Shown: piece after piece, positions 37,566 to 50,597 of the stretch
How positions within the stretch are numbered: the stretch's first letter is position 1
Layout: the number at the start of each line of letters is the position of its first letter
Assembly: GCA_029953675.1 (NCBI GenBank)
Contig: JAMWBK010000008.1
Location: 434,001 to 498,000, forward strand
DNA: 64,000 nucleotides
From: Rhodosorus marinus CCMP1338
Lineage: Eukaryota > Plantae > Rhodophyta
Direction: 5' to 3'
Notes under the pieces: generated by a model
The model's input: only the letters and a program-made list of their open reading frames with translations
Told to the model about the DNA's origin: nothing
Databases searched by the model: none
Made by a program: the position numbers and the translations under genes

Positions 37566-40551
37566 TGGATCAACCTTTTTGTCGCGCTTCGTTGAATGTC
37601 GAATGAGACTCAGATGTTAACAATGGCGCCACCCGTCGTCGGGTTGCTACGGCCAGCAGAGCTCGACTGCCACTCTCCCGCACACAGCAGATGCTTTGTA
37701 GCATCTCTCAGCATGCACTACTGCCCTATCATACATAACTCGCAAGATCGTTGAGCAGCTTTTTGCACTGCTCTCTCGACGACAGGAATCTCTGGCATGC
37801 AAAGGGCACGAAAGTTTGCTCTGCACGACCTTTTTGATGTCATTCGTTTGTGCTCGCATAATTTCTTCCGGAGGTTTAGCTTCGATCTGTGGTAGAAAAG
37901 TAGGAGCAAGCTCAATTTCGAGCAGTGCTACACTGCTCCAAAAGCCGTCGAAAACGCTTTTTTTGCATTTTTTTGCCGAATAAAATTGACAATGCACAAA
38001 ACAACTTCCACAATATGAATGTGCTTCATCCAATCAATGTGAAGAGGTTTGAGCTATTCCAATGTTTTTAGGTATCTAAAATATATTATATTATTACAAC
38101 TATTTTGTTTTCATTAAATGAATACAGATATTGATTTTCATACAATTTAGACAGGTGGAACAGTATCGTTATACTATTGGATAAAAATAATCACATCTAA
38201 GGAATTGTATTCTAATTATAATACAATTCCCAAGCGGTTGTCAAGATCGCCGTTTCGAAGGACAAGACTTCAACTCCACAAGTTATGTTCACTTTTCAGA
38301 GTCTGAAGCAACTGTGCGAGTTGTTATCTGAACAACAACGGGCTACCGCCATGTCAAGAGCCGTTGCCTACGTGAGGAGAAACCCTCCCCCCCCAAAAGA
38401 GGACGTGACGTCAAGGAAAGCCATTACAGAACCAATCTGAAGGTGGACCCAAAAGGATAGCCTGTTTGTCGTGGAAAACGGATCTTCCCTTGCTAGATTG
38501 CGCAAAAGAATCCATGTCTTGGAAACCGCGTTTCTCATACGGAAGAAGTTATTTCAATGCGCTAGTTCCTCGGGTTTCTGCAGCTGCAGCAGTGAACATT
38601 CTACTCCTACTTAGTGCAGTACCGTATTCTCTGTGTATTCTCCACCAGAAGATCCGTACTCATTCCCGACCTGGGCCTCTCTACAATTGTTCCTGGTCGA
38701 AGAGAAAGTGAAACAACCTACGTCTTGTTATCCCGCACAAGACTTTATCGCAACCACGGCCGTTGAGCGTAGGGTGGTCCTACCAAAGAACAGAGCCGTA
38801 AGGGTCTAGCACGATCTCCTAGTACCTACCTAGCACCAGCAGCGCAACCGCTCCTCATCATGCGGATCATAACTGGCTAGATTTGTGCTGACGCAGCCAA
38901 AAACAGTAACCACCAAAAGAATTATGAATTTCCCTGAATCCCGTCGGAATTCAGTGGGTTCCATCTCTTGAAAAGCGACATTAAAGACGGACGCCTTTTT
39001 CCATTGGACCCGGTTCTATTAAAATTGTTCGATTATATGGAAACAGTACTGCCCACAATCGAGTGCCTAAATCTTCACAAAGAACCCAAAAACCAACTTT
39101 CATCCTATTATCGGTAAACATATAGTATTACGTCGGGGAACTGTGAAATAAAATTTAGAACCCGAAAGCATACATTCCAAAAACTAGGGCAGGTACGGCT
39201 ATGGAAGGAAAAAAACTGACACAAGGATTGTCGTCTATGCGTCATCCCATATCCAACAAATTCATCCAATAGGGGTAATATAAATTCACCTGAAAATCAA
39301 TAATTGGATGCAGCTTAACAGTTTCCGATGACGTCCGCCATTCAACTTACCCCTTCGAACAAAGTAGACAAGTGCCGTAAACAATCTATAAATAAGAAAG
39401 CTAAGAAAGATCACCACCATCTTTCTTATTTATAGTAGTTTGTAAAGCATAGTACCAGTTTACACTAAGGGGGGGAGAATATGAAGAACTATCTCCACGA
39501 AAAATCCCCCCCCCCCTCGATGAGATTCGTTGATACTAGTTTCCTAATATTAAATCATGGATTTGGGGGTTGATATTTGGACATCGAACATACATGGCTT
39601 GTTAAGAACTCCGTTTCCAGTAGGAAACAAACCCTGACCGCCAACTGCCAGTAGTAGAAAGGAAAGATGAAAAACCTATAAAAAAGGGTATTTGAGTCTG
39701 ACACACAAGCTGACCGACCAACAAAAGTGCAGGGGGGAGAGATCGACGCATTTTTCATCGATGGTTATTGTTTTGTAAGTATTTAGTACAATCGGTTGAT
39801 CATATTCACCTTCAGCTGGGGGGGGGGTGTAAATTTTTTGTTTAGTAGAAGTTTCAATGTTTTGTCAACACCACACCACCGGGTTTTTCTGCACCTTCAA
39901 AAAATACTCCGAAAAGGACAAAAGCACTAAATATCTTCGTTCATAGCAAGAAAAAAGCTGTTAGTCTGAAGCACAGAAAGTACGCTCATATGGACTGAAG
40001 AGGATTGTCGGCGGAGTTGATATGGAGCTGGAAATTAGCTATTTATAATATATGCATTAAGGGCGGAAACTGTGAGAATTAAGTTATAAATATTTTAATG
40101 CAAAATTGCTCGTTATTTATATATTTGGGTTTTTCTTTGGGGGGGGTGGGGGGCGGGGTAAGGGGTGGACCCAACGGGCTGAGTTCTGGACTGGGTATAT
40201 TGAGGTATATTCATTTGTACGAAAAGTTGGGAAAGGAATGAAAGTGGGGGAAGTGAAAGAGGATGAGACGGAGAGAAGGAGGGAGAAGAAAGATTTAGAG
40301 GGGCTGATGATTAGTTTGTAGGTTTTCTGTTTGTCGAGGAAAAGAGTAATTGGATGGGTTTGGTTACTGTGCTTGGGGAGCTTGGAAGTGGGTAGTTTTA
40401 CGGTGTTTGGGGATGTGAGGCAGCTGGCTGGCTTGTGTAGACGTGTGCACTTGTCTTTTTCCTTTCTTCTGTGTTATCTATTGTAATGGGGAGTGTATTT
40501 AAGCGTGAGAGAGAGCTTTGGATTGGGTGATGAGCCAGCTTGGCCTGGCCC

Positions 40552-42236
40552 ATGGCGGAAAAGTGGAAGAAGTATTTGATGGGGAGTGGTGTGAGTCGAA
40601 AGGTTCTATTCGGACAGAACGGCTCGTTGACCACGACCAAAAGCAGATGGCGGTTGTATGTTGCCTTACTCCTGTGGGTTGCTGGGTTCTCGGTGGTACA
40701 GTACAGAAACGTGTATCAGACAGGGTTGACTCACGTGGAGAATCACCTTGATCTCCTTTATGGGAAAGAGCATTTGGAAATCTACCCCTATGACACCCAA
40801 CCCGTTACCGCTGATGATGTCCAGTGTACATTCTGGAATTCGGTACAGCACGGATATCAGCCCTGCTCGTACATGGTTCGCAACGACGATATAGGGTACT
40901 GCTTGGTTCGCAGAACAAAGGACAATCGACTATTTAAGGTGAGCCGTGAAAAATGGGGTTTCGAGTCTTTGCTGTGGCTGTTGGTATTTCTGCAAGTTCC
41001 TCAGGTTTTCCGTCTCTGTCTTGACCACGCCAGGTTATGGAAACATCTCCGGGTACATTCTACCAGAGGAAGGAGTTCGCCTGTGCAGATGTGTACTTGG
41101 ATTTTATGAATTTTAGGATTGGAGCCAATCGTGTTGCGTTGGAGTCCAGGAACCGCTTAGTACGAGCGCACGCAAGCACGAAGACGCGCCGTCCAACGCG
41201 TGGCATTGTAATGGCGGCCTACACTAGCATTCTGCCGTCTACTGCAGCAGCCGTGATGCAACTCAGGTACACTGGATGCCAGCTGCCGGTGGAGGTGTGG
41301 AGCATGAAAGGGGAAATCAGCGAATCGTCGGAGCTCGTGGCTGAGTTGAAATCCAAGTACAACGTCTCGTTCAGAGTATTGGATGACCCATCAGTATCTG
41401 GTTTCATGGTTAAGATCTACGCAGTAGCGAACAGCGGCTTTGATCGGCTGCTGTTCCTCGACTCGGACAACTTTGCTGTTCGGGATCCGACATATCTGTT
41501 CGATACCGAGGAATTTGAAAGGTCTGGAGCTTTGTTCTGGCCTGATCACTGGCACCCCGCGCATTCAATCTTCGATACGGGCCCTGGGGGTCTCGCGTGG
41601 GAGTTGTTTGGGATCGACTACAAGTACGAAATGGAGCAGGAGAGCGGGCAACTACTCGTGGACAAACGAATTGGCTCAAATGCACTGACGCTGATGAAGT
41701 ATTATGTGCAAAGTTTTCAGATCGTCGAGAAGCTGAAAGCGGTTTGGGGTGATAAGGATTTATTCCGATTTGCATATAGAGGAACAGGAACACCTTTCGC
41801 CATGATACAAACCCTGCCAGCACTTGTTGGTAGGTACGTCGCGATCAACCAAACCAACCTCAGCTCGATGGATTTCTGTGGACAGACTATGCTGCAGCAC
41901 GGTCCCAGAGGGGAGGCCTTGTTCCTCCACAGGAATACTCTCAAGTTGAGCCTAGAGCGAGGTAAGAGGATGGTTTGGGAGAAGGTTCAGCGCTTCAAAG
42001 GCAAGGATAGTCACGACTACAAAGTCACAATTGGGCCTGAACGCCAAGAGGATACCTGCTGGTATATCGCAGATTGGGGATTAGGACAGGGGGAAAATGC
42101 TCCAACGGAGTCTGCTTCTGTGGAAGACTCTGAGAGTGCGCATGTACAGATTGAGCGCATGTTGATCGAGAACGTGAAGAGAGCGGAGAAACTTCTGGTG
42201 TCGGAAGTAGCTAAAACCGTGAAAAACGTCCAGTGA
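40552..42236 (+). CDS. Type II membrane alpha-mannosyltransferase, GT71/MNN2-like, 2 exons
   Basis: N-terminal TM (LYVALLLWVAGFSVV), RGIVM, GCQLPVEVW, LFLDSDN (DxD), DP.YLF..EF..SGALFWPD.W, QESGQLLVDK and WGDKDLFRFA. Intron ~40939-41031. Confidence 0.88.
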
Positions 42237-42770
42237 TGCAACCAACGCAGCTGCGTAGGCTTTGGTAGAGCTCCGCGCTGCGATCCCGTGCGGTATTGTA
42301 TTACGAGCGTGAGGGAGCTGAGCAGGATCTCAGACAATGTAGATTCGGGGTGAGTGGGGTGCCGTGCTACTGTGAAAAGTTACGTGTATGGTTTGTTTTA
42401 TATAATTCTGCCCTAGGCCATGTTTCCATAAAGCTTATGTCGAGCAGGGACCATAACAAATTGTTTTGTATCTGGGAACTCCAATCGCCTTTGCGCTTGA
42501 CTTGGCCGCTAACGTAGCTAGCTTGCAGGCTGGTTGGTCTCGTCTGGACAGGGAAACGCGTTCTGGTGAGAGTTTCCTAATATGCTGGAATTAACCACTT
42601 CTCTCCGAGAGAATCAGCGCCTGCCCTTGAGCTTCTTCCTCCGGGAAAATCGCTTGGAGGCGGAAACGCTTTGCCTCGATTGTCTGGATATCCGCGCACG
42701 CTCGTCGTCCCCAGCAGGACCGACCTATTGTTCAGCAACGATGGGGATTCCCGTGAGGATGTGCAGCAGG

Positions 42771-43333
42771 CTAGGACATGTAGAGGTCGGGGTTACTCGC
42801 CTCTGTGCTTCCTCTCGGAGGTGTTCCAGGAAATGGGAGCTTCTCTAGTGGAGTTAGGTTCTCTTTCTCTACTTGTGGAGAAGATCCCCCTAGTTCCAGT
42901 TCTCGGTCATCAGGTTCCTCGGCAATCGGTTTAAAAGTTTTCAAAAGCATTGCGCGCCCACTTCCATTCTGAACGACGGGGGGATTAAGGCTCGGCGTCG
43001 TGTTCGGAAGTCGCAGGCGAAGCGGTTTCTTGCTGGGAACTCCCTCTCGGAATTTTCTTATCTCCTCTGCCATTTGCTTGTTCTACAGTGCATGACCAAG
43101 GAGAGAAGGAGGTTTTGATGTTCGGGCTAAATAACAGCAAACGCATTCTGGATCTCTGTGAATACCGCCACCCTGTACTGATCAAGATACTTGTTCTTGG
43201 CCGCAAGCTCCTTTCGGAATTCTTCAACTGTTCGCTTGAGCTGAGCTATCTCCTCATCACGGTCCTCAACCACAATCACAGCCTCTGCCGCAAGGCGACG
43301 ATATTTACGAATTTTTTCGTCCTCCTCCATCAC
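42771..43333 (-). CDS. Hypothetical coiled-coil protein, 2 exons; the 3' end may extend further
   Basis: MMEEDEKIRKYRR..EIAQLKRTVEEFRKEL..DQYR | NKQMAEEIRKFREG.. joined by a phase-0 GT-AG intron. Heptad-like N-half and Pro/Ser-rich C-half. Confidence 0.55.
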
Positions 43334-43999
43334 TAGCTCTTTGAAGCAGGCTATCGCTCCTGGAACACGCTACCCCCATACACCCAACACAGCCCGGGCT
43401 TTTAACGCATCCCCCTCGACAATTAAAACCGTTCGGGCTCAGCGGCGTCTAATGTCCAAGACGAGGGTGTTTCCCGTCATCCTATTGAGCGGTCCTCTAT
43501 CAAGCGGAAGCGACTCGCGGCGAGGAATCGGAAAACTAGCGGACTCTGGGCAAGGGATGCTGGTCAAGAGCCAGTCGAATATCACCGCGGAGACCGTCGA
43601 GCAAGGCAGCGGGGATGCGAGAGCTCGCCAACGGGGCTTCTTGGCGGGGAAGGAGGTGAGCTGACTCATCGATACAGGCACAATCACAGAGGAGCGCGAA
43701 AAGGGTCATCATCGCCGACGTATCTGCGAGCCCATATTCGCTTTTTTCCCTTTCATATGCGAATACGTCGATGATCATGACCGTTTCAGTAGGTCCGTAT
43801 CGGACCGATTATCGGCTGGAGGCTTGTATTTATTTTCTATTCAGGCTCTATAAGCATATATCGGACGGGAGTCGTCAGTAAATGAACTATATTATTTCTC
43901 AATTCAGGTCCGATAAGATTTTTATCAGACCGTCTGATATATCGGACGGAGATAAAACCCGAATTTCATTCAAAAAAGGTGGCTGGAGTTTCATGTTAA

Positions 44000-44520
44000 C
44001 TGCTTGGAAATATCTCGGCGAAGCGTCTTACATCAATTTCCAAACGGCAAAGCAGAAGTGCTTGCAGACGCGCACATCTTAGTAGTGCCCAGGCAACACG
44101 CAACACGGAAGAAACGAGCAACAAAAAAAGTAGATGGGAATGTATCCATTTCCTGGACGAGGTCGGGGGGGTATAGTCAGTCCAAGCTCATAGATGCCTG
44201 AGTTTGTCGCCTACATGCGAAAACTCCGTGTGAAGGTGGGATCAATCGCGACCCCCCGACGCATTCAACTGTCGCATAAACCATCCCTCTAAAGTCGCCA
44301 CCAAGCCAGATCCATCGTTTGGAACCATCGACCCATTTCAAAGATCTTCACGTACGCCTGCAGTTGCAAACTAGCTGATCCGAAGCACTCAAAACTGGCT
44401 CTCGGAAAAGCCACCTAAAACCCCACCAAAGAATTACAAACTGGAGATGGGGTTTGCTGGCGCAATCGTTCTACGAAAGACGTTAAGATCTATACTGATT
44501 CATCATGGGCAGCTAGAACG
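44000..44520 (+). mobile_element. Decayed Ty1/Copia RT-RNase H junction
   Basis: VLADAHILVV (resembles YVDD.L), ISWTRSGGYSQSKLID (resembles LSQ.KYI), TKPDPSFG (resembles TRPDI.FA) and KDVKIYTDSSWAA (Y.DSDWA). Confidence 0.65.
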
Positions 44521-44559
44521 GAGAAGACTTCAAGCGGAACACATTGCAAGGACCTCATG

Positions 44560-44780
44560 ACTTCTGCAAAATGTATTCCGCTTCTGATGATGGAGTAGCA
44601 ATCGTTTTTTGCTTTTCAGGCTGTAGCAAATTACCATTGATCTATATAAGAACACAGCCACTCCCACTACCGAAGTCCTCGAAGTTGTAGCTGCCCATGA
44701 TGAATCAGTATAGACCCCAACGTCTTTCGCCGAACCCTTGCTCCCCCTCCCACCCATTCTCCAGTTTGTATCAAAATAAC
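44560..44780 (-). mobile_element. Decayed Ty1/Copia RNase H fragment, inverted relative to its neighbour
   Basis: KDVGVYTDSSWAATTSRTSVVGVAVFLYRSMVICYSLKSK then, after a frameshift, TIATPSSEAEY; this is the Copia RNase H consensus. Confidence 0.8.
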
Positions 44781-45079
44781 AGCAAATGGATTGAACTGGA
44801 TGAGGCGTCCAGCATCAGATATAAAACTCGTGTACGAGTTTTACGTCATGAAAATAGCTCAAAGCGTTCAATTTCAGAAGCTCTCTAATTGTATATAAAC
44901 AGCTTTTCGATCGGGCTCATAGGTGCAGAGGTCTGGGTCAATGGAAGACCTATGGCAGTCACGAGTCACCAGCCACAAGTCCCCAGCCACAAGTCCCCAG
45001 CCAAACCCGCTCATCGCTTTCTGTTGGATGGTTCATCTGTTTTCCACCAATTTTTGTATGAGGCTGTTTGGGGACCAGT

Positions 45080-45143
45080 GGGTCAGGGGCGAGAACAGGG
45101 TCAGGGGCGAGAACAGGGTCAGGGGCGAGAACAGGGTCAAGGG
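45080..45143. repeat. G-rich 18-bp minisatellite (GGGTCAGGGGCGAGAACA) x3.5
   Basis: Three exact copies plus GGGTCAAGGG, read directly. Confidence 0.95.
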
Positions 45144-45304
45144 TTTTTCGTTTTGGTAGTTAGTCTCTCTGTTGCTCTTCGAAAGGCAAAGTCTTTGAGG
45201 AAGGAACGGGTGTCCCTTTCTTGTGCTTCGTTTTGGAAAGGTGGCGGCTAGGAACGTGAGTTGAAAAACTAGGCGAGTTTGGGCTGGCGGATTCTCGAGG
45301 AAAG

Positions 45305-48300
45305 ATGTCGATTGCCGGCCCCGCGCTTGACGAGGAAGAGCTTGTGAATGGAAGCCCCCCTGCTGAGTATTCGATTGAGGATATGAAGAGCCCTCAGGCA
45401 ATGATTCAGAAGTATAAGACGTATTCACATTTGGCAGCGATTGGCGAAGCGACTTTTGACAATGAAGATGGCCCAGGGTCGAAAATCTCAGCAGGCGGTG
45501 GTGTACCGACTGCGTCTGGCGAGGGCAACCTCAGCAAAAGATTCACAACAATGCACTTGATGGCTGCGCAGCTGCCCACGATGGACACCGACACCAGGCA
45601 GAAAGTAGCAACTTCGAAGCTTCTCAAGGTCAGAATTGATGAAGATTTTGAAAGTGGTGAGCTCCCTTTACAGAACGCCTGTGGTTTTAGAGCGGTAGAC
45701 TTGTGTCATTCACATGTCGCTCCCTCTTCTGGCCTTAAGGAGCTGAGCTGGAAGAACGGGCCCTTATACGTGAGGGCATCCAACTGCGTGAAAAGTGGCT
45801 GTTCCGCAGATCAGTACCAGAGCACGTCAACCATGCTCCGGCGAAGCAGTCCCGTTATACAACCTTCAGTGCTCCTCCGTACGAACCATTCTGCACGGAC
45901 CTGCCAGAACCCAGTGAGCACGTATGTCACTGGGACAATGGGGTCATGACGATCTACAACTCTAGCAAGGATCTGATGCATAGAAAACCCAGCGTTCAGG
46001 TTCGGCTACGGGATCCCGAAAGAGGAATATCGCACGGAGACGAAACCTGGAACTCACTTCTTGATGACCGTGGTTGTGTACACGCAGTTTATGAGCTGGA
46101 AGCTGTTCTCAAAGGACCTGGATCGACTCATGCAGATAATCAACACGCCAACAGTCCGGTCGTTTTGTCACACGAGATTGTTGCTACTCCTTGAGAGGTT
46201 CAAAATCCACCTGATTCTAAACGCTGGAAATGAGAGGCTTGAGCAGATTGCCGTGCCACATCGGGACTTTTACAACGTACGAAAGGTTGATACTCATGTT
46301 CACCATTCGAGTTGCATGAACCAGAAGCACCTTTTGAGGTTTATTAAGCACAAGCTAACCAACAAGCGAGATGAGGAAGTACTTCTGGACCAGTCCACAG
46401 GAAAGCCGTTGACACTCAGAGAGGTACACCTGCCTTGCAGCCCGAGGCAATCGCTTCCAGACTTCCATTTGTGAAAAATGACTTGCGCCCGAATCACCTC
46501 TTAACGACTGAGCTCGTGTTTGCCTACGGTGCTTTCCTCGCAATTTTGCTCAGGTCTTCGAAAAGCTCAATCTGAGTATCTATGACTTGTCCGTGGATAC
46601 ATTGGATGTACATGCGGATAGCACCACTTTCCATCGCTTCGATCGATTCAATCTCAAGTACAACCCGTAAGTTGATGCAAAGCTTTTTTTGCGTCGAAGG
46701 GTAATCTGGTAGATTCTTCGGCTTCGTTGCGCTGAACGGATTGTATCGTTTGGCACGCTCGGTTTCAGGATTGGAGATTCTCATCTGCGCGATATCTTCA
46801 TGAAGACCGACAACTACTTGAACGGCAAGTATCTCGCAGATATCACGAAGGAGGTGATGAGCGACCTTCAGGACACTAAATACCAAAATGCCGAGTATCG
46901 AATATCTGTCTACGGGAGGAAAGCTGACGAATGGGAAAGCCTGGGTCAGTGGTTTGTCCAGAACGAGATTTATAGCGACAACGTGAGGTGGCTGATACAG
47001 ATTCCCAGGCTGTTCCAGGCGTACAAGCGGGCTGGAATCCTAGAAAATTTTCAGCAGATGCTTGACAATGTAATCCAGCTGCCCTTATATCAGTATAAGA
47101 CGCTAGCTCGCGCGCGAAGGCTAAGCCATTCAGCTTTTGTCTTTCGCAAAAAACAGATTTTCACGCCCTTGTTCGCGGCTACTGTCGACCCTAGCTCGCA
47201 CCCTCAAGTCCACGCAATGCTGAAGCAGGGTACGGTTTCTAGTATGCGTACGGAGAAACTTCGTTTGCGGTCTTCCTAACACTCAACCTATTTATTTGTT
47301 CGATCAGTTGTTGGATTCGATTCCGTGGACGATGAGAGTATCCCTCAGCCACGCGTGGACTTTTCACAGTTTGGGCCTCCCGTTGAGTGGACACAGGAAG
47401 AAAACCCTCCCTATGCTTACTACTCCTTCTACATTAGTGCTAACCTATGCGTTTTGAACAAGTACGTCTTCACCCGGAACTCGGTTCTTTTCCCGATAGT
47501 GCGAACTTTTCTCGAGTCTATGGCTCTGACACCTTTTTTCTTGCAGGTTGCGCGAGAAGAGAGGCTTCAACTGCTTCGAATATCGGCCTCACGCTGGCGA
47601 GGCAGGGGAAATTGAACATTTGGCTGTGACCTTCCTGCTTGCCCACGGGATTAACCATGGTCTTAATTTGCGCAAGTCCCCCGTGTTGCAGTACCTGTAC
47701 TACCTCACGCAGATAGGAATCGCGATGAGCCCGTTGAGCAACAACCATCTTTTCCTGGAGTACGCGAACGGATTTTGCATTGCATAGCTGCTCGCTGCTC
47801 TCCGGACTGAGTTTGTTTTCTCCTTTACTTTCACGTAGATACCCTAGAAACCCGCTACCGACCTACTTCATGCGCGGCCTGAACGTTTCGCTCTCGACGG
47901 ATGATCCGCTCCAGTTCCACTTCACAAGGGAGCCGCTGATTGAAGAATACAGTGTGGCTACGCAGGTAGGACGCCAGGTAGAGAACCTCCCACAACAAAA
48001 CTATACTATGGAAAATAACCAGCAAATGGCTTCCTCCAGGTTTGGAAGCTGTCTGCGGTGGATATCTGCGAGCTTGCTCGAAACTCTGTGCTGCAGAGTG
48101 GGTTTGAGCCGTGTATAAAGTCCAACTGGATTGGTGATTATTGGTAAGGCCAAGGGATGCTCAATGGCAACGCAGCGGGTCATCGACTTCAATCATCTAT
48201 CTCGCTGCCTGTTTAATGTCAATTTTCCCCCATACGCAATCTTAGGAAAAGCCCTTCGCCGGAAGGTAACGACATAAGCAAAACAAACGTTCCAGACGTT

Positions 48301-48465
48301 CGCCTTCAATATCGGTCAAGCACTTTGGAACATGAGCTTAACGTAGTCTACAGTGGGAAGATTCCTTGCGACCTGAGGACGCTTCCATTCTACAACCACA
48401 GAAATTATCCATCCGAAAAGTCCTCCTTGAGGAGGTCAGATTCTGACTCAGAGATCTCCACTTGA
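45305..48465 (+). CDS. AMPD: AMP deaminase, multi-exon
   Basis: [110 protein letters not shown] and [10 protein letters not shown]; stop at 48463-48465. Confidence 0.96.
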
Positions 48466-48825
48466 CGAGTGCGTATCCCAGAGTCTGTTAATATTTGTGC
48501 AGATTTTGATTTTGTGTAAACCCTGGAGCACTTTCTTATGTTTAGACAATAGGATCCAGTCCTATGGCAAGCTAGGACGGTGTTGAATAGCACAACACCT
48601 GCCCCGCTTTCCTGACCATGCGCAACAAATGTACAAGCCAAAAGCAGATTAACAGGCTCCAGGTTCTCGTCTGCCCGCAAATTGTTGTGGCATCTTCACA
48701 TCAAGGTCAGGTATTCGCTAACGCCTTTCTTCAGGAGGGTCCACGTCATTACTAGAAACCCCATTTGTTCTTTCACGGACAGAGCTGTAGGTGATCAAGT
48801 TGACAAACGTATGCTGTCATCAGCA

Positions 48826-50597
48826 TTACTTGTTATGAGGATCGATACGAATACCAGAGAGCACGTATCCGCCAGTTGATCCAAAGTTATCTCTCATAAG
48901 TGGATGGGTTCGTCCTGGCAGTACCTACGACGAGAGCACGTCGACATGCTCTTCAGGAAAATTAGTTTCGAGGATAACAACTCAATCGATGGCATCACTA
49001 GTCTATAGTGTATATAGCCACTTCGTTTGAGCCGAACAAACCTGATGGTGCAGGATAGAGACTTCTGAAAGTTGAACTCTGGACGCTGTGTTGGTTTGTG
49101 AGAGCGCGTACTGGATCTCAGTTAATGGCTGCAGGAATGGATTATATATGGCGAAGCTTGCAGAGGGGCGGAGCAGCGGAAGCAGTCTGGACAGATTCTC
49201 TAAGGAGTTTTCTCTGCTGGCGATCAGCAATGAGTCTGATCCATCCTTCAACCACCTCTTAAGCGCGGCGTTCTTCGGCCTTTTGTTTCGAAGCTCTAGT
49301 CTCCGTCTCTTTCTCCCTTGAAGACCCTCAGCAGACAATTCTTCGTCTGGGGGAAGACCTAGTCATTGGAAGGATCCTCGATGTTTCAGCGACAAGAAGA
49401 GGCGAAAAGTCAGGACGTTGATACTCCTCCATACCATCATCGACCTCCTTCTCCCCGCTCTCGGTATTATAGTAAGTAAGCGGCTCGTCGTCATCAGCCT
49501 CTACCTGATCAATACGATCAAGAAACCTAAAAGGCACGTGTATCATCGATCTATTCTCCGCCTCGGAGAAGTTGAACCATCTCGTCACGTCTACTCCAGC
49601 TGGACATCTCCCGGGGAAAAAGTTTAAGATCCTTCCGAATCCACCAAGTCGCTCAGCCGTCGCACTAAGAATCAATCCGTTGCAGTTGTCTACCACCATT
49701 ACCTGGTGAGGAGGACACAAGTCATTTTCTCAGAAATAGAAGTCGGCAATGGCGATGTTTTCAAATATAGACACAATGCTAATGCTTCAGAGGGAGTATA
49801 TTGACAACCAAATCAGAACAGAAGCTATGACTTTGTCTGATCCTTAAGCTCTGATCCAAGGGTCTGGAGACGTGCTGAAATCCCAGGGTTCGCGTTGCCT
49901 TCGAAGGTGCAACAGCCGGCAGGTCGGGGCCAAGCTCTGATCGATTAACTGGAGATGCTTGTCTGATGGCGTGCAGGAGGGTCTTTACCTGAGTACAAGC
50001 TCTGATATCTGCATAGTTCAACATGAGGCTCAGAACGTCACATCGAATGTGCATAATTTTTTCTGGGCTTTTTAGGAAGTATGCATGACAGACTGTCCTC
50101 GCGGTAGGTTTCTTTGCTTTGACGCGAAAGCGGTACCGTTTGTTCTTCCTCTGCAGGTATTTTTGTTTCGCAAACTTTGTCTTTGTATCGAAGGCCGTAT
50201 TGCCTTGGGCAAGCTTCTGAACCAATTCCTCCGGCTTTGAACCAGAAGCCTTGAGGTCCTCGATCTGTTCATGGGTAAGCAGCTGACCGCGCCCAGGTTC
50301 ACCGTTCGAGTTCGTCCCACCGTTCTCAGCAACGAGCTCACTTTCCAGTTCATTCATCGCTGCCTCGGTCGGGGATTCCTCACAGGCAACCAGCTCACGA
50401 CCATCAATCTCAAACATACCGCCCCATGGCGTTCCAACCAAAGCTCCAAGGTTCACTTTTCGACCTTTCCTTCCTATTCTCGCTTGTTCACCAGACAGAG
50501 CTTTACCCAGGCACCAGTTTCCATCTGAGGAAGCCAGAACAACATACTCGCCTTTTCCGATCTTCGAAACTTCCTTCTTAACCAGGCCAAAATCCAT
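48826..50597 (-). CDS. TRM6: tRNA m1A58 methyltransferase non-catalytic subunit TRM6/Gcd10, multi-exon
   Basis: F..KTKFAKQKYLQRKNKRY, KIMHIRCDVLSLML, VVDNCNGLILSATAERLGG, FAIYNPFLQPL and last exon VLPGRTHPLM..TGGYVLSGI. Confidence 0.92.

Noticed and set aside
38201-39435. Short AT-rich hairpins (38201-38230, 11-bp stem; 39386-39435, 15-bp stem)
   Set aside because: These are plausible by chance in AT-rich DNA, and no TSD or Helitron CTRR end was seen.
48405-48680. Minus ORF overlapping the AMPD 3' end, suggesting an AMPD/TRM6 coding overlap
   Set aside because: TRM6 terminates at 48826 (..GIRIDPHNK*), so this ORF is most likely spurious UTR or antisense.
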